NCBI GenBank assembly: GCA_012295275.1
Contig: CM022666.1
Coordinates: 12,028,001 to 12,092,000 of the forward strand
Reading direction: 5' to 3'
DNA: 64,000 nucleotides
Source of the DNA: Chrysomallon squamiferum
Taxonomy: Eukaryota > Animalia > Mollusca
Shown in pieces: positions 1-13,600 of this stretch; positions within the stretch are counted from its first letter, which is position 1, and the number at the start of each line of letters is the position of its first letter. The position numbers and the translations under genes were made by a program. The notes under the pieces are model-generated. The model saw nothing but the letters and a program-made list of their open reading frames with translations. It was not told the DNA's origin and did no database searches.

Positions 1-285
1 ATTAATACCATGTCTATTTTCTAAAAATGTTTTTATTCTGTTATAGTAAAATGAGTTTTATAATTTCTGAAATGGAACAGATTAACATAAAGATTTGTAA
101 ATCAATATTGCCATTTAAAATAAATACTAAATTACATACTTATACCTAAATGCAGCAAACAGTCATTAAATAACTGAAAATAAATTCTTAATTTATGTTT
201 GAGTCAAGTAAGAAATGTCACTACGGATGACCAGCTATAAATAAACTGAAGTAAATGACTGGTGTGTGTGTTATAACCTTCATAC

Positions 286-1953
286 CTGATAGCCAGTCGG
301 TATTTATCAATGGCCACAGCTGTGTTGTTGTTGTCAGCTTGTAACTTGGCTATGTTGTAATGAACCTGCAAACATTTACAAACAATCCTTGTAGTGTTTG
401 AACTGTAGAAAAATCTTAATGAAAACAAGAAGTAAAAATGGAACAGTTATATATATATTTTTTTTTAATCCTATGAAGAATAAAGCCTCACTGATTCCCC
501 CATAGCTTAGCAAATGGCTGAGGGCAATGGCAGCCTATCTGCATTTCACTGTTTTATTATTTTAATACTATTCTTTATTATTAGAAAAAGATACTGTCTA
601 TAATCTAAACAGTTATTTTGAAATATATAAAATTAATTGATGTAAATTGTTACACTGGTGCAGTTTGGTGTTATAATTTAATTGTTCAGTCTTATAAAAA
701 GATATTATTTGGTTAACAGTAAACAAGACAGCACGTACCTTGGCATTGAGAGGACAGACTTTCTCTCCTGCAGTGAACAGTGACATCTCTGCTCTCCACT
801 CATTGCTCCTCTGTTAAAACATAAACACAAATACCTCAGTCAGTCTGCTGTGTGTTAAAATATATCTCATAACAAATAACCAAATATATTATGTTTGTAT
901 CTAAATCTTTTTTCATTTAATATTTCAAACATTACTGTTTTTATAACAACTAATAAGTAGCTAATCCACAGGGTAAAACTGCTTAAATCTGACCCCACTC
1001 TAACACAAATCTTCTTAAATCTGGATTTCTACTTTTTTTTTAACATTACATTTTACCCTTCTCAATGATGAAATATTTGATGACTGGTCAACAATGAACT
1101 GGAACAAAAAATGTCTAACACAATCTCTTGTATCCTGATTTTTCAACATGTTTCATATTTTTCAATATTTCACAGTTGAAAACAGTAAATGTTTCTTGTC
1201 ACATGTTCTATCATTAGAAAGTTTAAAGGCAGTCAGTCATTGTTAAACACAGATGTGAAAGACAACAAACAATGACAGATACATTTCTCAATGGGGACTG
1301 ACATTCTGTTCATGGATTTATTTATATATTTGTTAAAAATTATTCATAGTTTGTCAGTTTTAATTTTTTCTAAATGCTTAGAAAGAAAAATACTGAAGAC
1401 TTTATATTTGGTCCCATAGATGCTCAGTTTTAAGATATTTCACTGTATATTATAATTAATAAACAGTCAAAAATAACAGAATCATTTTGTAAATGGAATA
1501 AAGATAAAGCAATTTATATATATAAGATTATGAATATTTTCAGCAAAAATTAAAATTAAAAAATAAAACAACAACAATAATAATACATTCTTGTTAAGTA
1601 CTTTACATATATTAATATATACTTCATATCAAAATGTATATCAAAATATTAATTAAAAAAAACATTAAAAAAAGAGTTAACAAAAAATATTTTAATTATG
1701 AAATTATTATTCTGGATTACTTTGTGTAACATAATTTTTTGTTTCCAGTATATTCTTCTTGGTAACATTAGACTGTTTAATGAAGATAAAGAAATATCTG
1801 ACATATGACACAGGGTGACGTGAGCTATGTGAAATATTACACTCACCTGTACTGATCTGATCATAAACACCACAATGACAAACAGCAGACCAATTCGAAC
1901 CACCTGCAGAGACACACAATACTTCATTTACTTACTGTTATTTATTATTATTA

Positions 1954-2003
<50 letters not shown>

Positions 2004-4756
2004 TTATTCATTTTCATTTGTTCAAATTTTTTTTTTTTGGAATTTGAACAATTTTTAAAAATAAAGACATTGTTATTTTAAAAAAATGGAATTTGAACAA
2101 TTTTTAAAATACAGAGGTCTGAGAAAATGAAGTTATAACAGATATCTGCTTAGAGGAATAAAAACAAATAATATATTATTACTCTATGTGGAATCTGAAT
2201 GACTTTTTGAATGATGTAAATAATGCTTTTTCATAAAGCAAACAAACAAATATAATTAAAATTTCAAAAATTAAACAGATTTTCTGTTTCAAAGTCAGCC
2301 TTAAATACAGAAACAAATCTTTTATAACAATAAATTAAGAAACTCAAAATGTGTCAGGTAACACTTTCCTTTAACAGCTTATAATTTATTATCATACTTT
2401 ATTACCAGCAAAGACTGGGTGAATTGATTTGTTCAAAGGATTTTTAATGAGTGGTCAGAAACAGCTAGAAGTCCACTTCATACATGATTACATAAAGACT
2501 CAAACTGTGAAGAGCTAACAAAAAAGTATTCAAATATTTTGTAACTGTATTATTTTAATGTCAAACTTTCTTATTGGAATTATCAAGTATTTTTATTAAA
2601 CTATTCATATTTTTGTTACCATACCTGTCTGTATGATGTTCTGTATGAGAGATGCTTGGCCCCAAGAACAACCAACATACAGAAGCCTGCACTAGACAGA
2701 TAGAGAATTCTCTCTGCTATCACAAAGCCAACTCGGAAGAATACATTGGAGGCAGGAAGGAACGGCACAACCAGTAATGCCATGGACAAGATTAGCACCC
2801 TGAGAGAAAACAAATATAATTAATCTTCTGAGTGACTTTAGTGAACATCAAGATGATGTGTGAATGCATTAATGGGAAAAATAACCTGAGTTATAACAGA
2901 ATTTCTAGCATATCATATCACATTTCTGTCAGTCCAGTGTGGTGTCTGGTATATCGTATCACATTTCTGTCAGTCCAGTGTGATGTCTGGTTTATCGTAT
3001 CACATTTCTGTCAGTCCAGTGTGATGTCTGGTATATCGTATCACATTTATATCAGTCCAGTGTGATGTCTGGTATATCGTATCATTTCTGTCAGTCCAGT
3101 GTGATGTCTTTAGTCCAGTGTGATGTCTGGTATCAAGATGATGTCTGAATGCATAAATGATGTCTGGTAAAAATTTCTGTCACCTGATGTTATATATTGT
3201 ATCACAATTTCTGTCAGTCCATATGTCATATCACATTTCTGTCAGTCCAGTTCTGTCAGTCCCAGTCTGATGTCTGGGATATCATATCACATTTCTGTCA
3301 GTCCAGTGTGATGTCTGGTATATCTATATCAGTCCAGTGTGATGTCATTAAACATTTGTCAGTCCAGTGTGATGTCTGGTATATTTCTGTCACAGTGTGA
3401 TGTCATTTCTGTCAGTCCAGATGTCTGGTATATCGTATCAATTTCTGTCAACATATTGTATCAACCATGAAGTCCAGTGTGATGTCTTTCACATTTCTGT
3501 CAAAGGCATTGCTTTTATCAGTCCAGTGTGATGTCTGGGATATCATATCACCTTTCTGTCAGTCCAATGTGATGTCAGATAACAAATCAACCTTTCTGTC
3601 AGTCCAGTGTGTTCTGATAATAAATAAATGTGATGTCAATATATATCACCTGTCACCAGTGTAAATATTGAACAAATCCAATAAAACAATGAATAAACAA
3701 AAACATTGAACAATGAATAAAGAATGAATAAATAAAGCATTAATGAATGAATGAATGGAAAGATGAACAAATGAATAATGATTCAAATGAATTCAACTAA
3801 ACATAGGTCAATATGTGAATTTAATAAAAGAAAGAAAGGAATAGTTTATGATGTATCTGACGATTTTTCAATTATGATTGATTACTGGTGACAAACATTA
3901 TTTTGATTTTATTTTACACTGTAACATGAGAGGCAACCTGCCATTGATTTATTTCTTTTTGATTTTATATGATTATTTTTTTATTTATTATTATTATTTT
4001 TTTTTATCCCAGCCATATGCATAGTTTCAGTATTATCTGATTTAAGAGTTCTTGATGATAATGGTGGTGTTGTTCTTGTTGTGGTGTTATCAATATGATG
4101 TGGTTATGGTGATGTTATTGTTATTGTCACTATTGTCTTATATGTTGATTATAATGTACAAATACTATTTTTATTAAATATTTATTTATTTATTATTCTT
4201 TCTTTTTTTTTTTTAAAGAAAGACAGAAAACTAACAACAATATAAAATAATTTTGCTTTAACTTTTCATTTACATTCAGACAGAAGCTGTGCAATTGTTA
4301 CATTCACAAACAAGAAGCAAAAAACAAAAGGGTTTACAGGAAATGAAATAACAAATATTTTTGGAAATAAAAGATAATGTAAAAAAAAAAAAAAAAAAAA
4401 TATGTAAGAAAAAGAATACTGAAATAGAATAAAAAATACTAATAAATCAAGAATCTAAAAACAACATTTTTTTTTTTTTTTTTTTTAAATAGATAAATTA
4501 AATAAAGAAAAAAATAAAATAAATAAACACTGAATGAAATCATAGCCCAGATTAACATGAATCACAAGCTAAAAATAGCTCTATGGGTTTTCCCAGGTAA
4601 TTATATTAAATAATTCCATGCTATATTTAACAATTTTCATTGTGTTGAAAATTTTAAGGGCATTTTGGAAACTTGCCTAAATAGAAATTCAAAATAATGA
4701 TTATGTAACAAGGTGAAAAATATTTTTTATATATATTATTTATTTTATTATTTTAT

Positions 4757-4796
<40 letters not shown>

Positions 4797-7662
4797 TTTT
4801 GTTTTTATTTTTATGTTTTTATTTTTTGGCAATGCACTATGTTAACACTGATAAAACTGTCAGTTTTTGTAATGAAATAAGCTTTGTATGACACAATTAT
4901 ATTTGATTAATATATGCACCTGAGACTTGCAAGGAGGATATTAAAATTGATTTGCAGTTAGACACTGAGTCAGAATGAATCATATAAGTTATTAGAACAA
5001 TTATAAAATTTTATAATCAGAAGTAAACAGATTTATCAATTTCAAGCTTGACTGACCATTTTTCATTTTTTTTTTTTTTTATTTTATTTTTTTTTAAATT
5101 AATTGAAATAATCTAAAATGTGATATCTTTCAGAAATAAGATTCTTTATCATATACCTTTCATTCTAAACTTAAATTAATAAACTAAAAATACTCTCTTT
5201 CTTCCTGAAAACAAACAGTTGTAAATAATTAAAACAGTTTCATGAGAATGAAAGAAAGTGTGACATTTAGCCATGATACTGTTTCATAAATTATTACTGA
5301 CTGTAATGAACAAAAAAACTAACATTATGGAAAATTTTATATTGCTTATATTTCTGTAGTTACTGTTTGCTATTAAAAATGTCTAAAATCAATAAAAAGA
5401 TATTTCAAAAAAATAAAGAAGTGAATACACAATGACAACACAAATGGTGATGTAGAACAAGTGACAAATTCCAAAGAACATCCGAGTTCTAGGAGGTATT
5501 TCAGTGACATAATAAACCCACCAGTGTTTGTTTAGTGTGACTGTTGACCTAAGTGTTGTGTAGGAAGAAGAATAGAGTAATAACAGGGAGAAAGTGAGAC
5601 AAGCTGTGAGACAAACAGTGAGACAAACTGAGAGACAAGCTGTGAGACAGTTGTGGTCATCTGACAGGACAGTCAAACAATGCACAAAGTTGTTTATGTA
5701 CACTGCTGACAACCACAACATCGGCCTGAGCTAATGGACTGGGGAAAACGTAGATTTGAAAAACACTTAAAGACAAGACAGTTTGTTTAAATAAATATAT
5801 TTAACACTGTCGTTTAAAATCCAAGAGATTCAAAAAATACTACCCAGTCAGTTTTTAAGTTTTTAAAATTTTACTCTCTTTTCCTTTTGACTTGAATAAC
5901 AGTCTTCTTACTTGTTTCTTTGTTGTTGTCTTCTATTTTTTTTTTTAACATCATTTTTGAAATTTACAATAAAAACAAAAGTAACCTTTATTTTGTTGGA
6001 TTGTTAATTCTAAAATGAAAAGTTTTTTAATATGACAATTGCTAATAATGTCATAATAAGTATATATCTTTTTTTTTCCTACTGCTGAAACACCAAGTTT
6101 CAAATTTTATCTAGTGTATCTTACTTTAATTGATGGAAACTTAATTTATATGGCAAATATATTTTTCTAAGCTTGAAAAAACAAACATTCTTACAATTTC
6201 TATTATAAATGAGGGATCATTTTTATTTTTGAATTTTAAAATAATAAGGTGTCTTGGAGAACTAGATGCAATGATGCACCTGTAGATGAACAGACAGATG
6301 TATAAACTTTATTATAGGTCAACTGTGTTACCTTTGATCTTTGGTAAAACTGTCATGGAAACACTTGACTACAAGGAAGCCAATGACAACCCAGAATGCA
6401 ACAGCAGACAGGATCCTGGGATCAGCCAATGAGGTGATGACAGGCACACAGCCCATCGACCAATCAAAACACAGCCAGAAAGGATTGAACAACAACCACA
6501 GATTTATAGCATAAAGATAATTATAATTCACCACCTGAAAAAGAAATAATATAAAAATAAAAATATTTTATATGTGAAAATATTCCAGTATGTCAAGCTC
6601 TTAGTGTGCACAGTCTACTTATTGTTCATCTGTGTTGTGCAGTGTCTGGCAGGCAATGTGGTCAAGTACATTATATGATTAAATGTGTATTTAAATATGT
6701 AAATTCCTATATGCATTCACAAAATACACTGTTATATGAGATTGTATGAATGTCTGTATCTGTATTTTGTGTTTGCATGTGAATATGCATGTGTGTTTGT
6801 ATAGCATTTTTATATTTATATTTGACTGAACAGACAGGTATACCTACAGACCTATATATTTTTTTTTATGTTCTTCTAACAAACAGTATGAGACACATAT
6901 TCTATCATAAATACATAATCATCACCATGACAACTCACCCTGTATAAAGATCCATTGACAAATGAGTGTGGATTGTCGTGGACTTGAAAGACAGGTGTCT
7001 CTGATCCCATTAACCGCCAGCGAATCACCAGAACACACACACCCGTGAAAAACAGAACAATCTGCCGCAGAATCAACCACTTTACCCACGATGGCCAACC
7101 ACCCTAGAAAGAAATTTTTAAAAATAATAATAAAAAAAATTTAAAAAAAAAAAAATTCTGATGAACAGGAACATCCAAGTTCTAGCAAGTAATTCAATGA
7201 CATAATAAACCAGATCAAACCCAGGTTGCCTAGCAACCTGTGCTTGTCCTTAACCAGGGTTTGTTTATTTTTAACGTCAGTGTTTTGCAGGAAGAAATGT
7301 GGAGTAACAGTGAGAAAGTGAGACAAGCTGTGAGACAGCTGCTTTCATCTGACAGGACAGTCAGAGACCGTGTTTATGTACATACACTGCTGACAAGAAC
7401 AACAGTGGCCTGAGCTAATGGACTGGGAAAATGACAGTTAATATGAAGATTTCATATACATCACTTTGTTGCCAAACTGCATAATTAGTCAAAACATAAA
7501 CAATTAGAATGATGCTGAGTAACACAGCTGGTCTGAACCACATTAATAATTAGAAACAGGTGGTTAAACAAGGACAAATTAGTTCAGATATACCAGACAT
7601 TTACCAAAAGCTGGGAATTAAAATAATTACACTTTATAGATGGCTATTCCAACACCAACAGA

Positions 7663-7699
<37 letters not shown>

Positions 7700-10600
7700 T
7701 CATGTCCATGATGAATATGTCTTGACATTGAGCATAAATGACATTATTAATAACATATCTGATTTTAAAGATTATACATACCAAAGAGTTGTTATATTCA
7801 GAACTACTACAAACTCCATTCTGATTGGCTGAGCCTGGTCTTCTAGAAGGACTATTGCACTGACCATTTTGACTGGCCAGGCCTGGCTTTTTTATACGCA
7901 GAATTTGTGTAAGATTCACTTGACATATAACAATCACATCAAATACACTGCACACTCCCTGAAAAACAACAAAACAAAAACATTTCAGTATTCTCACATT
8001 GCTAACATATATAACGTATGTTCACACTTTTCTGAGTGTTATAAAAATATATTTAATTGTCAGATAAACTGAAGTTTGAATAATCTAATTTTGAATTTTA
8101 ATGTGAAGATCCAAAAACTTTATTTTAATATTATATTTTTAACCTAATTCATTTCTGTATAACATAAAATCATATTTCAGTTTTAGATAAATTAAACTAG
8201 ACAACACACACATGCAAACACACACAAAGGTATAAAGAAACATCAACATCAAATAAAGAACAGTCAGGATTAGTCACAAAGTATATAACATTCCTGTTTT
8301 TAAATTAATATGATCAAGTCACAGATTTGAAATCATTTAAGCATGATTAGTATTAAAAGTATATGAAAAATGAAATAATCTATCTTCAACAATTGCATTA
8401 CAAAAGCTGGATTAAGCAACAAAAGGCAAAATGCTTAAATAGAGTCACACTTTGATTACTTGAGTGATAATTTCACTGAAAGTCTGCATCCAGATGAGCT
8501 TCTTTCTATACAAAATAGTAATAATGACCTTTGAATAATCAAACATTGATACACTGAAAACCTGTATTTACTCAATACCTATGAAATGGATTGATACCAG
8601 TACACCAGAGATTCTGTTAAAATTGAGTGTTAGAAACTTTAGATACTGTAGATGTCAAAATTGTGATCACAGAAGCTATCACCATACACAGACAAGAGGT
8701 TACTGATATTTTACACACATACTCCTGGCATAACAGTGATGTGAGAAAGTTGATTTTACACACACACACACACACAGTGGTATGAAGAGGTGTGGTGATG
8801 CCCAGGGCCAACTGCTTGATTGTGTGCCCCAAAGACTCAAGTATAAGTCCGAGTACTGAGAAATATTATGAAAAAAGAAGATATTCTGAATATGTAAACA
8901 CAGATGAAACATAAAATAAACACTTTGTTCAATTTAAATATAAATCAACCAAATTTATTAAGTTCTTTTCCCCAAATGAATGACCCCCCCCCAATCTGGA
9001 TGCCTGGGGCCACCACCGCTTTGGCCACCCCCTCTGCACACCACTGCACACACCCACACCACACCCACACCCACATGAACAGAGACATCTTGTGTTAAAC
9101 TGTTACTTACAATGACTGTAATGCCTTGCTCCTTACAGAAAGTGGACATCACACAGAGGACAATGCTCAGACACATCCACACAACAGAGAAACCTGCAGG
9201 CCGGAAACTCTGACCCAGATCTGAAACATATTTAATAAAAACAATAAAAATTTCATATTAAAATGATAATCATCTGATTGTTTATTTTTCAATATTAATG
9301 CTATGCAGTATAAAATTTTATTAACATTTTCAGATTAACAAATAAATTTAGCAGTGAATGTTTGCTTACCATTTAAACAACTTCTGACATAGCAGATGAA
9401 AGACAAAAGGAATGTGAAGGCACACAGGAGATCAGCTCTTCCTACAACTCCAGCTACCTGCAGCAAAACAAAGCATAATAAAGTGAATCTCTTGTGAGAT
9501 CAGTGAGTTATCTAACAGAACTCTTTATACGACCAGCTTCTTTAGTTAGGTTTATTGGTGAATGCTGAATGTTTTCATTGTAAATTTCAAAAATTATGTT
9601 ATAAAAAAAAAAAATGAAGAACAAAATAGAAGACAACAACAAAGAAAAAAATAAGAAGACTGTTATTCAAGTCATAAGGAAAAGAGAGTAAAATTATAAA
9701 AACTTTAAAACTGATTGGGTAGTGTTTTTAAATCTCATTTATTTTAAATGATAGTGTTAAATATACTTATTTACACAAACTATCTTGTCTTTAATTAACA
9801 CAAACTTCTGAAAACAGGAAGTAAATGACATTAAAACAAGTTTTTAGGACACCTGTATTTATCTCTTAAGTTACTATGTATGAATGTCCAGTAGGGCACC
9901 TTGAACACAAAAAAAAATCCAGCTTGTTGTTTTACTGTTCAGGGTAATCTTCACAACAATGAATGATGATAGAGATAATTCTGTTATAAAAGATTTCAAT
10001 TTTTGCTGATAAAGAGAGAAGAAACTCAATACATCAGTCCATCTTGAATGATATCACAACTACAGAAAAGTGGCTTTACCCAAATGCTTTTTAACTGAAA
10101 TTAGATTTTTTTCTGTTTTACTTTTATTGCTCAAGACCGAATGGTATGGCAAAAAAAAAAAAAAAAATATATATATAACATTACTAGGAAGTATGCTGAA
10201 TTTTAATGGAAGTTTTTGAAAATAGGAAGTAAATTTATATCAAAACAAGATGTTATATATGTCAAAGCATTTTTATATTTATCTTTCAGTTAAAAACTGA
10301 AAAAAAAAAAAAAAAAAAAATTCTTGTTTTATTAATTTGAGAAAAAATAAAATAACAGTAAGTAAACAAACACACACACACACACACACAGACATACGAA
10401 CACACTAACACATAAATGTAAACTTTGAAAATCACCTTAATTTATTCTAATTGTTTTACTTTCAATAATTTGATAGAAAAAGATGGCAAGGTTTACTATA
10501 AGTTAGAACAAACAAAGGTTTAGGTTCTTTTTTAATATTTAATTTAATGCAGTTCATTTAATTTAATTCTCACTATTCTGACATCAAAAAAATGTCTGAC

Positions 10601-13600
10601 TTTAAAACAAGACATCTGTCACAATGTCAAATTATCTGATAACATCATTCAGAAAAACAAAGTTTTAAATTCAGGTCACAGAATACTTAGAAATTAATTT
10701 CTGCAGTTAACTGATCAGAAACACTGTAAAGTGTCTCAGTGTGGTTGTTATGTAAGACAGGTGTTAACTTGGGTTACTCTGACATTTCTCAAATATTCAA
10801 GCTATTTATTTTTTATATCAATGACTTTTTATCACTCAGGCTATTTATTTTCAAACAATAAGAATTAATATTAAAATGGCTACCAGTATTTTAAATAAAT
10901 ATTGATTGAACTTTGTGCAATGCTGAAGCAAGGTAATGAGATATAATGTTGTGAATGAATTCCATTAGTGAAAGATCAGTGAATCACTGGGAGATTTAAA
11001 ATAAGATAAAAAAAAATAGTCCATGACTCATTCAGCAGTGTGCAGAAGGAATGTTCTGCTTGATTAATAAATACACAGGAATGCTTTCTAACACAAGTTA
11101 GCACAGGAAAAAAAATATATATATATCTAGATAATCCAACAATATGACTTGTAACAGAAGTCACAGTTATCTGTTATTTATCTGCACCTTCCAGTACACA
11201 TGAAAGTACAAATTTTACTAGTTAATAAACTAGTTTCTGAGATCTGTCTGGATCACGAAATAATCTAAAAGATGTACTGAAGACAAGATTGACTCCACAA
11301 TTATCATTAATATTATTTGATATATACATAATTACTTTTCATAAATAGGTTTTCTACAATACTTACACTTTCAGTGTGTATAGGTGTACTGAATGTATTC
11401 TACAATACTTACACTTTCAGTGTGTACAGGTGTACTAAATGTATTCTACAATACTTACACTTTCAGTGTGTACAGGTGTACTAAATGTATTCTACAATAC
11501 TTACACTTTCAGTGTGTACAGGTGTACTAAATGTATTCTACAATACTTACACTTTCAGTGTGTACAGGTGTACTAAATGTATTCTACAGTACTTACACTT
11601 TCAGTGTGTACAGGTGTACTAAATGTATTCTACAATACTTACACTTTCAGTGTGTATAGGGAGTACTGAATGTATTCTACAACACTTACACTTTCAGTCT
11701 GTATAGGTGAACTAAATGTTTTCTACAATACTTTCAGTGTGTATAGGTGTACTGAATGTATTCTACAATACTTACGCTTTCAGTGTGTATAGGTGTACTG
11801 AATGTATTCTACAATACTTACACTTTCAGTGTGTACAGGTGTACTAAATGTATTCTACAATACTTACACTTTCAGTGTGTATAGGTGTACTGAATGTATT
11901 CTACAACACTTACACTTTCAGTCTGTATAGGTGAACTAAATGTTTTCTACAATATTTTCAGTGTGTATAGGTGTACTGAATGTATTCTACAATACTTAAC
12001 TTTCAGTGTGTATAGGTGTACTGAATGTATTCTACAGTACTTACACTTTCAGTGTGTATAGGTGTACTGAATGTATTCTACAGTACTTACACTTTCAGTG
12101 TGTATAGGTGTACTGAATGTATTCTACAGGACTTACACTTTCAGTGTGTATAGGTGTACTGAATGTATTCTACAGTACTTACACTTTCAGTGTGTATAGG
12201 TGTACTGAATGTATTCTACAACACTTACACTTTCAGTGTGTACAGGTGTACTTCTACAACACTTACACAGTGTGTATAGGTGTACTGAATGTATTCTACA
12301 GGACTTACACTTTCAGTGTGTATAGGTGTACTGAATGTATTCTACAGTACTTACACTTTCAGTGTGTATAGGTGTACTGAATGTATTCTACAACACTTAC
12401 ACTTTCAGTGTGTACAGGTGTACTAAATGTATTCTACAACACTTACACTTTCAGTGTGTATAGGTGTACTGAATGTATTCTACAACACTTACACTTTCAG
12501 TGTGTATAGGTGTACTGAATGTATTCTACAACACTTACACTTTCAGTGTGTATAGGTGTACTGAATGTATTCTACAATACTTTCAGTGTGTATAGGTGTA
12601 CTGAATGTATTCTACAATACTTACACTTTCAGTGTGTATAGGTGTACTGAATGTATTCTACAATACTTACACTTTCAGTGTGTACAGGTGTACTAAATGT
12701 ATTCTACAATACTTACACTTTCAGTGTGTACAGGTGTACTAAATGTATTCTACAGTACTTACACTTTCAGTGTGTATAGGTGTACTAAATGTATTCTACA
12801 ATACTTACACTTTCAGTGTGTACAGGTGTACTAAATGTATTCTACAATACTTACACTTTCAGTGTGTACAGGTGTACTAAATGTATTCTACAATACTTAC
12901 ACTTTCAGTGTGTATAGGGAGTACTGAATGAATTCTACAACACTTACACTTTCAGTCTGTATAGGTGAACTAAATGTTTTCTACAATATTTTCAGTGTGT
13001 ATAGGTGTACTGAATGTATTCTACAATACTTACGCTTTCAGTGTGTATAGGTGTACTGAATGTATTCTACAATACTTACGCTTTCAGTGTGTATAGGTGT
13101 ACTGAATGTATTCTACAGTGTGTGTATTGTACTGAATGTATTCTACAGTACTTACGCTTTCAGTGTGTATAGGTGTACTGAATGTATTCTACAGTACTTA
13201 CACTTTCAGTGTGTATAGGTGTACTGAATGTATTCTACAACACTTACACTTTCAGTGTGTATAGGTGTACTGAATGTATTCTACAATACTTACACTTTCA
13301 GTGTGTATAGGTGTACTGAATGTATTCTACAACACTTACACTTTCAGTGTGTATAGGTGTACTGAATGTATTCTACAACACTTACACTTTCAGTGTGTAT
13401 AGATGTACTGAATGTATTCTACAATACTTACACTTTCAGTGTGTATAGGTGTACTGAATGTATTCTACAATACTTACACTTTCAGTGTGTATAGATGTAC
13501 TGAATGTATTCTACAATACTTACACTTTCAGTGTGTATAGGTGTACTGAATGTATTCTACAATACTTACACTTTCAGTGTGTATAGGTGTACTGAATGTA

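Noticed and set aside
3680-3800. ATGAATAA-rich tract similar to the 3'UTR array
   Set aside because: Essentially one orientation only, a decayed (ATGA)n/(ATAA)n microsatellite without regular hairpins.
12117-12371. ORFs within repeats (also 2832-3664, 20613-20840, 32393-32707, 47797-48150, 51294-51521)
   Set aside because: Translations of mini- or microsatellites.
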